From: Clostridia bacterium
GTDB lineage: Bacteria; Bacillota; Clostridia; Oscillospirales; CAG-272
Length of the DNA: 64,000 nt
Assembly: GCA_017465885.1 (NCBI GenBank)
Contig: JAFTVG010000014.1
Location: forward strand, 6,819-70,818
Direction: 5' to 3'
The translations under genes and the position numbers were made by a program. Under the pieces are notes generated by a model. That model worked only from the letters and a program-made list of their open reading frames with translations, made no database searches and had not been told where the DNA came from. Positions 53,036-61,748 of the stretch are shown in pieces; the stretch's first letter is position 1; each line of letters starts with the position of its first letter.

Positions 53036-53303
53036 GTTCATCCTCTCCTTTCAAATCTGCAATCCACATCATAATCTCCTCAAGAACAGATGCGTTAAGC
53101 TCGTAATAAATAAATTTTCCCTCCCGATGATCTCTGATCAGATCGGCATCCTTCAAAACCGAGAGGTGTCTTGAAACTGAAGCGCCCGTCATTTCAAAAT
53201 GCTCCACGATCTGCCCTGCCTGAAGACGGCCGCTCTTCAGCAGATTCAGGATCTCTCTTCTCGTGGGATCGGACAGCGCCTTTAGCGTTTGCTGTATGCC
53301 CAT
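53019..53303 (-). CDS. ArsR/SdpR-family transcriptional repressor
   Basis: LKALSDPTRREILNLLKSGRLQAGQIVEHFEMTGASVSRHLSVLKDADLI. Confidence 0.9.
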   Translation of the reverse strand: MGIQQTLKALSDPTRREILNLLKSGRLQAGQIVEHFEMTGASVSRHLSVLKDADLIRDHREGKFIYYELNASVLEEIMMWIADLKGEDEHDQKE

Positions 53304-53398
53304 GGCTCCTCCTCATTTAACATTTAGCCTAAATGCTAAATATATTATATCATATGAAACCGCCCTTGTCAAGAGCAAATCCTCCTTTTACAAAAAGC

Positions 53399-53422
53399 TC
53401 CCCGCCCTTTCGGGCGGGGAGC
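53399..53422 (-). terminator. GC-rich hairpin terminator, family copy 1 (CCCCGCCC-TTTC-GGGCGGGG)
   Basis: CTCCCCGCCCTTTCGGGCGGGGAG followed on the minus strand by CTTTTTG. Confidence 0.8.
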
Positions 53423-53444
53423 GCTTATAAGATCACTCGGTTTT

Positions 53445-54260
53445 TCACCAGCTCTTAATATAGGAAATCTGCTCTTCCGAAAGCGAAGTGTTCTTTACAT
53501 CCACTTCATCAAAGATCACCACGTCAGGACGATCATCTCCTTGGTTAAACATATGCGTTATGCGCGCCGCTACCGCAGTACCATCCGACTCAAAGAAAAC
53601 CTGTATAGCACTGCCTTCGCTCAAATGCCACAGCCAACCATAAGTTGAAACAAAGTACTCAACTCCAAGGCTGCCATTCGTTAATATTCGAATTTCGTCC
53701 ACTGTCACGCCGGGCTTCAACAATGCTACGGCATCCTTAGACGTTAAAATCTTTTCGCCCTTTTCATCCGCATTTGAATCGGTATGAATCTTGTCACTTT
53801 CGTCCTTCCATTTCTTTATATAAGAAATTTGCCCCTCAAACAGCTCGGTGTTATCCGGCTCCACCTCATCAAAGAGCACTCTCTCGGGACGATCATCCTC
53901 CTCTAATATATACGTAATCCGCGCGGCAACAGCGCCGTCCGATTCAAAAAAGACCTCCAGTCCGCTTCCATCGCTAAGACTCCAGTACCATCCCCTTATG
54001 CTGGCAAAATTTTTGGGATCAGTCCCAAATCGCCCACCGGTAAGCTCCCGAATCTCTTCAATAGTCATTCCGGGATGTATGAACGCCGATGCATCCTTTG
54101 CCGTATAGATCCGCATTTCTTCGTCGGAAGGGCTCTCTGACAGCACCTGAGAAGGATCGCTTTCCTCGGGCGGAAGGGTGTTTGCAGTGGTGTTGTTGCA
54201 AGAGGAGAACAGCAACAGAGCCGCAAGGAGCAGGACGGTTAAAATCGTTATTCTACGCAT
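53445..54260 (-). CDS. lipoprotein with an internal two-fold ~105-aa repeat
   Basis: Lipobox LLFSSC. Modules …KDASAFIHPGMTIEEIRELTGG…VFFESDGAVAARITY…EGQISYIKKW and …KDAVALLKPGVTVDEIRILTNG…VFFESDGTAVAARITH…EEQISYIKSW. Confidence 0.75.
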   Translation of the reverse strand: MRRITILTVLLLAALLLFSSCNNTTANTLPPEESDPSQVLSESPSDEEMRIYTAKDASAFIHPGMTIEEIRELTGGRFGTDPKNFASIRGWYWSLSDGSGLEVFFESDGAVAARITYILEEDDRPERVLFDEVEPDNTELFEGQISYIKKWKDESDKIHTDSNADEKGEKILTSKDAVALLKPGVTVDEIRILTNGSLGVEYFVSTYGWLWHLSEGSAIQVFFESDGTAVAARITHMFNQGDDRPDVVIFDEVDVKNTSLSEEQISYIKSW

Positions 54261-54327
54261 GGTACGTGCCTCCTTTTTCTTAATTTTGTTTTTAAATTTT
54301 GGTTTTGTTTTTTTGAACGGGACTCCT

Positions 54328-54347
54328 CCCCGCCCTTTCGGGCGGGG
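54328..54347 (-). terminator. GC-rich hairpin terminator, family copy 2
   Basis: CCCCGCCCTTTCGGGCGGGG, identical core to copy 1. Confidence 0.75.
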
Positions 54348-54374
54348 AAATCAATTTGATTCCTTAAGCGCTTT

Positions 54375-55424
54375 TCAAGTAACAACGAAAGATAAATACG
54401 CACCTGTAACCAAAGAATACTCACCCCTGATATTTATGAAATCCACATTGATTTCACAAATCACTCCGCAAGAGCCGTCCTTTAAAACAGTTATCATATA
54501 GGTGACTTCGCCGTATTCAACTCTATCATAATTGTCTTTTATCGGTGCATAAAGTGCATCCACTCTTTCATATACTGCCGATTTCAACTTTTCTTCATCA
54601 ATAGAAGCATTTGAATCAATATTTATTTTCCCCAGCATGGAGGAGGAAAAGCTATATAATTCTCCTGTATATTGCACACAAATCTCTGCAAACTCCGAAG
54701 TTTTGTATCCGTTGATCGGCTTCGTAAACTTCATTCGGTAAAACTTTCCTTGCGGATCATCCGTTACTCTGAGTTGGTAGGAAGAAATATCAAAAATCTC
54801 CGCAGCGAAGGCTTTGCCAATATCAACACATTGCTCCCGCGTCAACGGATCCTTGTCTGAAACGGTCTGCCCCCAAAAGCAAGACACTAAATTTCCATCG
54901 GGATCAACGTAAAAGAGATTATTGTGCTTATCCGTATATACGTACTCAGGATAATAATTGTAAGCGGAATATCTGCTTCTTCTGTAGGTTCCTTCAATTT
55001 TGTTCTGCTGAATGGTGATCTGTATCTTCTCGGAAGGCGTTATTTGTTCATATCGATCGCGTTCTGCAAACTCGTATTCAACCGTACAGGATACTCCGTC
55101 CACGGAATCCGAATAATCCACCAAAAGCGCTGTATAATCCAGATCAAAAGGCTCCTCTTCATCATCCGGTTTCTCGCTCGGCTCCGGTGTGGGCGATTCG
55201 TCGCTTGAGGGTGTACAGGATGCATCTTCTGTCAAAATAGGTTTTGAAGATACATTTTCCGACATCACATCGCTATCCGCCAGCGGGCTTGATGATGACG
55301 GATCGTCATCAATTGAAGAATTTGAGGGAATTGAAGACATTGAAGGAGTGGAAGTCTGCTGAATGGCAGTGCATCCGGTAAAAAAAACGCACATTGTTAT
55401 CAATAAGCAAAATATATTTTTCAT
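54375..55424 (-). CDS. hypothetical lipoprotein (349 aa)
   Basis: MKNIFCLLITMCVFFTGC lipobox after GGAGGAATAATA, then a Ser/Pro/Asp-rich linker. AT-richer than the flanks. Confidence 0.7.
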   Translation of the reverse strand: MKNIFCLLITMCVFFTGCTAIQQTSTPSMSSIPSNSSIDDDPSSSSPLADSDVMSENVSSKPILTEDASCTPSSDESPTPEPSEKPDDEEEPFDLDYTALLVDYSDSVDGVSCTVEYEFAERDRYEQITPSEKIQITIQQNKIEGTYRRSRYSAYNYYPEYVYTDKHNNLFYVDPDGNLVSCFWGQTVSDKDPLTREQCVDIGKAFAAEIFDISSYQLRVTDDPQGKFYRMKFTKPINGYKTSEFAEICVQYTGELYSFSSSMLGKINIDSNASIDEEKLKSAVYERVDALYAPIKDNYDRVEYGEVTYMITVLKDGSCGVICEINVDFINIRGEYSLVTGAYLSFVVT

Positions 55425-55557
55425 TATTATTCCTCCATCAAATACATTGGTAAAGTGTAAGTACCATCTCCACAAACAACAACACTTCGTAATGGTGATG
55501 TTTCGCTTGTTTTGGATGTAGCAACATTAACTGCCTCATATACTGTACTTCCTGAAA

Positions 55558-55573
55558 GCCCTTTCGGGCGGGG
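55558..55573 (-). terminator. GC-rich hairpin terminator, family copy 3 (left arm eroded)
   Basis: GCCCTTTCGGGCGGGG. Confidence 0.5.
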
Positions 55574-55584
55574 AGAAGCGCTTT

Positions 55585-56508
55585 TTATTGGATCGTTACA
55601 GAATTTGCGACCAGATCATCAAAGTATTCTCCGCCCTCCGCAAGGGGTTCAAAGCGAACTACAAGAGATTGGTATCCATCCTCTGAAATAAGCCACTCAA
55701 AAGTATACGTGTGGTTTTCATTGTAATAAATATAACAATACCCTCCGTTGCCTAACTTTTCCTTGATCTGTCCGTAGGTCATACCGGCCTTAATCTGTGC
55801 TCCTGCCTCGCAGGTAATCTTCTCAGGCATATATTCTGCCGCAGTCATATGCTCGGCCCGCCCCCACTCGGCCATACTCTTTTCGGCAAGTGCTTCAAGA
55901 CTCAAAATCTCAACAGAAATCAGTTCCTTCCAAGAATAATCTGCACCAACCTTTATTACATCCGTGTAGTACTTTTCATAAGGGATCCGTTTTGAAAGCT
56001 CCGACCACTCGTACTTGCCATAATACAACGCACTGTATCTCAATAGCAAGATATTTCCGTCATCCAAAACATACATCGTGAACATATCGTACCATGGGTA
56101 GAACCCCTGTTGCATTGGCCTATACTCTGAATTGTAGTGTGGAGCTCCCAATAGATCATACACTTCATTTATGAACAAGCCGGGATGTATTCTCTCTACC
56201 TCTTGGCGCGAAGGAAACACAGGGGCGTTCACATCATCGTACAGATAATAATCCACATATGGAAAATCATCTGCAGACTCTGCCTGAGAAAGCGGCATCG
56301 AGAAATACGAATACTTTGAATTGCCAAGACTACCAGCCTGCAACTCATCAAACACTTGTTTTGCAAGCGCCGGATTGGGAGGATACTCTTCCAAAGACGC
56401 GCTTTCAAAAGCTGAGGGCGCAGGCTCGGTGGTAATAGTGGCATCGTTGCAAGAACACAGAAGAAGCGAAAGCGCAACGATCAGTAACAAAACATTTTTG
56501 ATTTTCAT
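55585..56508 (-). CDS. hypothetical lipoprotein (307 aa)
   Basis: MKIKNVLLLIVALSLLLCSC lipobox after AAGGAGGA. The track N-terminal extension to 56691 has no SD. Confidence 0.7.
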   Translation of the reverse strand: MKIKNVLLLIVALSLLLCSCNDATITTEPAPSAFESASLEEYPPNPALAKQVFDELQAGSLGNSKYSYFSMPLSQAESADDFPYVDYYLYDDVNAPVFPSRQEVERIHPGLFINEVYDLLGAPHYNSEYRPMQQGFYPWYDMFTMYVLDDGNILLLRYSALYYGKYEWSELSKRIPYEKYYTDVIKVGADYSWKELISVEILSLEALAEKSMAEWGRAEHMTAAEYMPEKITCEAGAQIKAGMTYGQIKEKLGNGGYCYIYYNENHTYTFEWLISEDGYQSLVVRFEPLAEGGEYFDDLVANSVTIQ

Positions 56509-56873
56509 TCGTAGATCCTCCTTGCATATTTGAATAGGTACAGGCCACTTCCGTTTTAAGGGAACACTTTCCCAAGGATATTTTACCATACCAAGGCACA
56601 CTTTGTCAAGGGCATTTACCAAAAAAAGGAAATTTGTTCCCGCTTTTTGAAAGGAAACCGCCGCATCCGCCCCCACCCCCGTACAGTGCACGGCGAGAAA
56701 AGTGCCTTCACCTATATAGTCGTTTTTTTTCGAAAATGTTCCGGGTTTTCAAAAATTTTTTTCGATTTTTTAAAAAAACTTTTTGCTCCTTCTTTACAAG
56801 CCTTAAAAAAGGTGCTATACTTTCTGCTGGCAAGCCGCTACGGTTCAGGCAAGTAACAGAAAGAGGAACAACA

Positions 56874-57344
56874 ATGAACATCAGAAGAGCTACCGAAAAA
56901 GATATGCCCGCCCTTGACCGCCTGCTTTGTCAGGTGCTGGAGGTCCATCATCAGGGCAGACCCGACCTTTTCAAAACGGGAACGAAAAAGTATACCGACG
57001 AGGAGCTGGCCCTGATTTTAAAGGACGATAAAACGCCCGTTTTCGTTGCGGTAAACGAGGAGGACGAGGTGCTTGGCTACGCCTTCTGTATCTTTATTCA
57101 GCATCTTGACAACAACATTCTCACCGATATAAAGACGCTCTATATCGACGATCTGTGCGTTGACGAAAGGAGACGAGGTCTGCACGTGGGCACAGCTCTT
57201 TTCGACCACGTGGTCGCCTTTGCAAAGGAGCAGAGTTGCTACAATCTGACCTTGAATGTCTGGTCGTGCAACAAATCCGCCATGGCGTTTTATGAAAAAC
57301 GAGGACTGCTCCCCCAAAAGGTGGGTATGGAGCTGATCTTATAA
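56874..57344 (+). CDS. GNAT-family N-acetyltransferase
   Basis: 156 aa. IRRATEKDMPALDRLL…, LYIDDLCVDERRRGLHVGTALF (acetyl-CoA Q/RxxGxG/A-type loop) and AMAFYEKRG. Promoter TTTACA-17-TATACT lies upstream. Confidence 0.85.
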   Translation: MNIRRATEKDMPALDRLLCQVLEVHHQGRPDLFKTGTKKYTDEELALILKDDKTPVFVAVNEEDEVLGYAFCIFIQHLDNNILTDIKTLYIDDLCVDERRRGLHVGTALFDHVVAFAKEQSCYNLTLNVWSCNKSAMAFYEKRGLLPQKVGMELIL

Positions 57345-57504
57345 GCACCCTTCCCTGCCTGAAAAAAGGCAGGGCGTTTTCTTTTTCAAAAATGTGTCAG
57401 TTTAAAAGTCAAAGGAGTTAACTCTTCGTTGAGTTGACTCCTTTTTTATTGCATTTCATAAAGATCTGTGGTATACTGTCCCCGTCAGAGAGGAGGAATC
57501 CATT

Positions 57505-58026
57505 ATGAGCATAAAAAAACATTTTTTCATCAACAGAATATGGATCGTAACCCTACTCATCTTTTTTCTGCTCGTTATGATGACCGTTTCTTTTTTCAAG
57601 GAAGACGTGATCATCGGAATTCTTTGGCTTTTGCTCGATCTCGTTTGCCTTTTCGGGCTTGTACTGTTCCCTCCCTTTTTCGTCATAGATGGGCGTGGCA
57701 TCCGCATCCACTATTTTTTTGCAAAAGAAAGCTATCTATGGAAAAATATAAATTGGGTGGAGGTGAGATACAGTCCGCCAACGCGAGGCAAATGTATTCC
57801 CTATCTTTTTGACACCTTTACCATCAACGGCAAGTCGGAAGAAAAGAAGCGTTTCTTTATGCAGGGCGAAATTGCCCGCTCAAGAAGAGCACGAAAGCTG
57901 ATCGAAAAATACAGCGGCAAAAAGATCGAGGGATATTTTTCAGACGACGTAAAGGCTTTTTTTGAAAAAAGAAAGGCAAAAAAAGAAAAGACGAAAAAGC
58001 AGAAAAAGCACCAAAAGAGAACATAG
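57505..58026 (+). CDS. hypothetical membrane protein with lysine-rich tail
   Basis: Two N-terminal TM helices, a soluble beta-rich middle and a C-terminal KRKAKKEKTKKQKKHQKR tail. A hairpin terminator follows. Confidence 0.6.
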   Translation: MSIKKHFFINRIWIVTLLIFFLLVMMTVSFFKEDVIIGILWLLLDLVCLFGLVLFPPFFVIDGRGIRIHYFFAKESYLWKNINWVEVRYSPPTRGKCIPYLFDTFTINGKSEEKKRFFMQGEIARSRRARKLIEKYSGKKIEGYFSDDVKAFFEKRKAKKEKTKKQKKHQKRT

Positions 58027-58140
58027 CCGTCTTCACTCATCCCGCCCTCGGTTTTCCGAGGGCATTTATTTTTTTAAAAAATACCAACTTTCGGTTAACC
58101 CCTATTGACAAACGGGCAAAAATGTTGTATTATTGTATTA

Positions 58141-58174
58141 GTACAAGAGTACAAGCAAAGTGCACAGCTTGTAC
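58141..58174. promoter_or_regulatory. candidate GntR operator: GTACAAGC-N10-GCTTGTAC plus an extra GTACAAG half-site
   Basis: Perfect 8-bp inverted repeat (58149-58156 / 58167-58174) just downstream of the promoter TTGACA-17-TATTAT at 58105-58133. Confidence 0.4.
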
Positions 58175-58217
58175 CTCGGTACGACCTTGATACTGCCTTA
58201 ACGAAGGGAGGGATGAC

Positions 58218-58595
58218 ATGGCGTGGAAGATCAGCGGTGATCTGCCCATATCACAGCAGCTTTACGCCAAGCTGCAGACGGATATTTTAAGCGGCGTTTA
58301 TCCCCCGGGAAGCCAGTTTCCCCCGGTAAGAAAGCTGGCAATGGACCATTCGGTCAACCCCAACACCATGCAAAAGGTGATGGGACTTCTTGAAAGCGAA
58401 GGGTTGCTTCTTTGCTCCTCCACCGCAGGGCGCTTCGTGACAGAGGATCAGGCACTTCTTTTGAAAAAGAAAAAGCAAGTGCAGGAGTCCTTTTTGAAGG
58501 AAGCCTTGGCGGAAGCACGGGCGCTGGGCATTGACAAGGAGCAGATGACAGACTTCGTTTTAAACCATTTTGATGAAAGTGAGGAGAACCTATGA
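58218..58595 (+). CDS. GntR-family (YtrA-like, short) transcriptional regulator
   Basis: ISQQLYAKLQTDILSGVYPPGSQFPPVRKLAMDHSVNPNTMQKVMGLLESEGLL. 125 aa with a short helical C-terminus. Confidence 0.88.
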   Translation: MAWKISGDLPISQQLYAKLQTDILSGVYPPGSQFPPVRKLAMDHSVNPNTMQKVMGLLESEGLLLCSSTAGRFVTEDQALLLKKKKQVQESFLKEALAEARALGIDKEQMTDFVLNHFDESEENL

Positions 58596-59395
58596 ACGGA
58601 TCGGTAAACGAGTGCTTGACGGATCGCACCGCGGAAAATCAAGCCGTTGAAACGCCACCCGCAGATCCTTTATCCGAGGTTATGATTGAAAGCACGCCCA
58701 TTTTGTGCTGTAAGGATCTTTGCAAAAGCTACAAAAAGAACAAGCCTGTTTTAAAGGATTTCAATTTCACGGTGGAAGCAGGCAAGATCACGGGACTACT
58801 CGGCCCCAACGGCTGCGGAAAATCCACCCTTTTAAAGCTCGTTTCGGGCATTCTTGTGCCCGATGGCGGCGACATCCTTTTGTGCGGGCAAAAGAGGAGT
58901 GAAAAGAGCAACGCGCTCATTTCCTTTTTGCCCGACTCCCCCTATTTCAGCGGCGGCCAGCGGGTTTCGAGTATGCTTTCCTACTTCGCCGACTTTTACC
59001 CCGACTTCGATATGACTCTTGCAAAAAATATGCTTGCCGATCTGGGTATTGACCCCAAAGCCCGCTTCAGAACCCTTTCAAAGGGTACGAAGGAAAAGGT
59101 TCAACTGGTGCTCGTGATGTCAAGAAGAGCAAAGCTTTATATGCTCGACGAGCCCCTTGGCGGCGTTGATCCCGCGGCAAGAGACTACATCTTAAAGACC
59201 ATCATCGGCAACTATTCCCCCGACTCTGCCGTGGTCATCACCACCCATCTGATCTCCGACGTGGAGGCTGCCCTTGACGATTTCGCCTTTATGAACTACG
59301 GCGGGCAGATCCTTCTTTCGGGAAGTGCGGATGAAGTCAGAGAGCGGGAAGGCAAGTCGCTTGACACACTTTTCAGGGAGGTGTTCGCATGTTAG
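58592..59395 (+). CDS. ABC transporter ATP-binding protein
   Basis: Walker A GPNGCGKST, signature LSKGTKEK and Walker B LYMLDEPLGGVD. ATGA overlap with the GntR gene. Confidence 0.9.
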   Translation: MNGSVNECLTDRTAENQAVETPPADPLSEVMIESTPILCCKDLCKSYKKNKPVLKDFNFTVEAGKITGLLGPNGCGKSTLLKLVSGILVPDGGDILLCGQKRSEKSNALISFLPDSPYFSGGQRVSSMLSYFADFYPDFDMTLAKNMLADLGIDPKARFRTLSKGTKEKVQLVLVMSRRAKLYMLDEPLGGVDPAARDYILKTIIGNYSPDSAVVITTHLISDVEAALDDFAFMNYGGQILLSGSADEVREREGKSLDTLFREVFAC

Positions 59396-60222
59396 GAAAA
59401 TGCTTAAAATACGATTTTAAAGAGACCTTCAAGCTTTGGTGGGTGGGTGCGCTGGTCAGCCTTCTTTCCGCCCTACCCTTAAGCCTGCTGATTTTCTCCA
59501 TAATGAACGATATAGGCGATCAATCCTCTTTCCGCTGGCAGGTTTTCCCTCTAATGATCTGCTATATCGGGGTGGTCGTTGGAATGATGATCTCTCTTTT
59601 CTCGGTGTACGTTCGCTATTACCGTCATTTCTTCGGCAAGGAAGCCTATCTGACCTTTACCCTGCCCGTGAAGAGAACGACCCTCTTCACATCAAAGTAT
59701 ATCACCGCACTCTTTTTCAACATTGCGTCCTATGCAATACTGATTTTCGGAATGGCGGGGTTTATGGGATATGCTATTCTCGATACGGCAGGATCCGGTT
59801 TTTCTGGCAGTGCTGAGCGTGAGTCCCTTGTGACGATGGTCATCGTCGCTTTGATCGTTATAGTGGTCTACGCACTGTTTTTCCTTTACACCATTTCGCT
59901 AAGCACCCTTTCTTACTTTTTCATCATCACCTTCTGCGGCGTTTACTTCAAAAAGTACAGCCTGCTTGCCATCATCGTGGCGTTCTTCTGTTTAAGTTTC
60001 TTTGGCTCTTACGCCATGATGCTTCCGATGATGGGTGGGATGCTCGGTATTTTCGGACTGGTCGGGTTAATCGATGCCAATATCGTAAGCATGGGCCCTC
60101 TTCAGGGCTTTGCCCTGATCGGTGCGGGATTGCTCCTCGTGATCGTTGCCGTCACCGCCCTCAATATGCTCCTTGCCTTCCTTTCCAAGGAACTGCTGGA
60201 GCGCAAGCTCAACGTAACGTGA
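59389..60222 (+). CDS. multi-pass membrane protein, presumed permease partner of the ABC ATPase
   Basis: ~6 TM helices, 7-nt overlap with the ATPase gene. Confidence 0.65.
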   Translation: MLGKCLKYDFKETFKLWWVGALVSLLSALPLSLLIFSIMNDIGDQSSFRWQVFPLMICYIGVVVGMMISLFSVYVRYYRHFFGKEAYLTFTLPVKRTTLFTSKYITALFFNIASYAILIFGMAGFMGYAILDTAGSGFSGSAERESLVTMVIVALIVIVVYALFFLYTISLSTLSYFFIITFCGVYFKKYSLLAIIVAFFCLSFFGSYAMMLPMMGGMLGIFGLVGLIDANIVSMGPLQGFALIGAGLLLVIVAVTALNMLLAFLSKELLERKLNVT

Positions 60223-60235
60223 AAGGAGAAAAGAT

Positions 60236-61195
60236 ATGAAAAAGAACCTTAGATCCTATCTTGCACTCTTTCTTTCCCTCTTCCTCCTGCTTTGTCTGCC
60301 CACCCTCTCTTTTGCAGAAGATGAGGAGGCTACTGCAGAATGGCGTATTGACGAAAGCGGAGATCTGCTTTATTACGGACAAGAGCGGTATCTGCCCTTT
60401 GATCTGTCCTACGATTATCTCAACCTTTGGGACTTCTCCAAGGAAGCGACCGTCCTCTTAAACGACAGGGAACTGAGCGTAGCTATATGCGATGACAACC
60501 CCGATTTGGTCCTTCTTTACGAGGACAGCAAGGACTATGCCGACGGCGGCTGCAAGCACCTTTACTACAAAGAATCTGCCTTAGCCGAGGCAAAAGCACT
60601 TCTTGAGGGGGAGTTCACCTCCTATAAGCTCAACGATGAGTTTTACATCTCAAAGGTGGAAAATGCGCTGATCGAGGGCATCCTTTCCCGCTATGAAGAG
60701 CAAAAGCAGACGGTAGAGGTTTTGGAGCTTGAGAATGCCGATCAATACGAGCTCTTAGGTTATTTCAAAAAGGGCTTGCCCTTAAAAAAGCTGGGCGTTC
60801 TTCTTGACAGCGACAAGGGCTATTACTACGTCAGCTACCAAGGACTGACCAACGACCGCTTTACCTCCGACGGCAAGCTTTCCACAAGAGAAGGACAGGT
60901 AAGCGCCCTTCTGCTTACCGAGGAAGAAAGTGCGGCGATAAGCGATGCCCTTTACGATTACACCTTCACAAAGCCCCAGGTAAGTGCGGATCCTCCCACC
61001 GCCCTGCTTTACGTGTTCTTCTTTATCGGCGTTGCGCTTTTCGGCATATTTTCCCCCCTGCTCATCTTGGTCTTCGCCGTGATCATGCTGGTGCGCAAAA
61101 AGACCCTGCATCCCGCCCGCTACGTGGCACTTGGCCTGCTGTCAATTGCATGGATCGTTCTGGCACTTCTCGTTGCCCTGCTGATCCTGATCTGA
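60236..61195 (+). CDS. secreted protein with two C-terminal TM helices, hypothetical
   Basis: Signal peptide LALFLSLFLLLCLPTLSFA, ~240-aa soluble domain, two C-terminal TM helices, SD AAGGAG. Confidence 0.65.
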   Translation: MKKNLRSYLALFLSLFLLLCLPTLSFAEDEEATAEWRIDESGDLLYYGQERYLPFDLSYDYLNLWDFSKEATVLLNDRELSVAICDDNPDLVLLYEDSKDYADGGCKHLYYKESALAEAKALLEGEFTSYKLNDEFYISKVENALIEGILSRYEEQKQTVEVLELENADQYELLGYFKKGLPLKKLGVLLDSDKGYYYVSYQGLTNDRFTSDGKLSTREGQVSALLLTEEESAAISDALYDYTFTKPQVSADPPTALLYVFFFIGVALFGIFSPLLILVFAVIMLVRKKTLHPARYVALGLLSIAWIVLALLVALLILI

Positions 61196-61207
61196 AAGGA
61201 GTTTTCT

Positions 61208-61627
61208 ATGAAAAAAGCCATTTTCATTCTTCTGTGTCTTTCCCTTCTGCCTTTGCTTTGCTCCTGCGATAACGCCATTTCAAGGGACGAGGCAGAATAC
61301 CGCATCGAAAAGCTGATGACGGAGCTTGAAGGCGAGAACTACCAAGAAGTGCTGTCTTTGATGCATCCCGACTACAAATGCGATGAAGAGCAGATCGTCG
61401 AATTAGTCGATCAGGTGGAAAAAGCCGAGGGCGTGGAATTTTCCGATGGGATCACCGTTGCCCGCTACACCAATTTCCGCTCTGCTCTTTACGATTCAAA
61501 CGTGGGCGGCGGCTACTACAGCCTGAGCGGATACATCACCGTCAGCGAAAAACAGGTCTACTTCAAGGTAGAACTTGCGCGCACCGGCGAAGACTTCGGC
61601 ATTTGCAACTTCTCCTTTGGCAACTGA
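61208..61627 (+). CDS. small lipoprotein, hypothetical
   Basis: Lipobox LLCSC, 139 aa, SD AAGGAG. Confidence 0.7.
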   Translation: MKKAIFILLCLSLLPLLCSCDNAISRDEAEYRIEKLMTELEGENYQEVLSLMHPDYKCDEEQIVELVDQVEKAEGVEFSDGITVARYTNFRSALYDSNVGGGYYSLSGYITVSEKQVYFKVELARTGEDFGICNFSFGN

Positions 61628-61634
61628 CCCCCTT

Positions 61635-61656
61635 CCCCGCCCTCCTTCGGGCGGGG
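61635..61656 (+). terminator. GC-rich hairpin terminator, family copy 4 (CCCCGCCC-TCCTTC-GGGCGGGG)
   Basis: Same stem as copies 1-3, followed by ATCTTTTTT. Confidence 0.8.
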
Positions 61657-61748
61657 ATCTTTTTTGCAAAAAGACGGATGAATATTGACGAAACGCTCTT
61701 TTTTTGATATAATAAAGCCATCTTTTGAATGCTCAAGGAGTTTGACCT

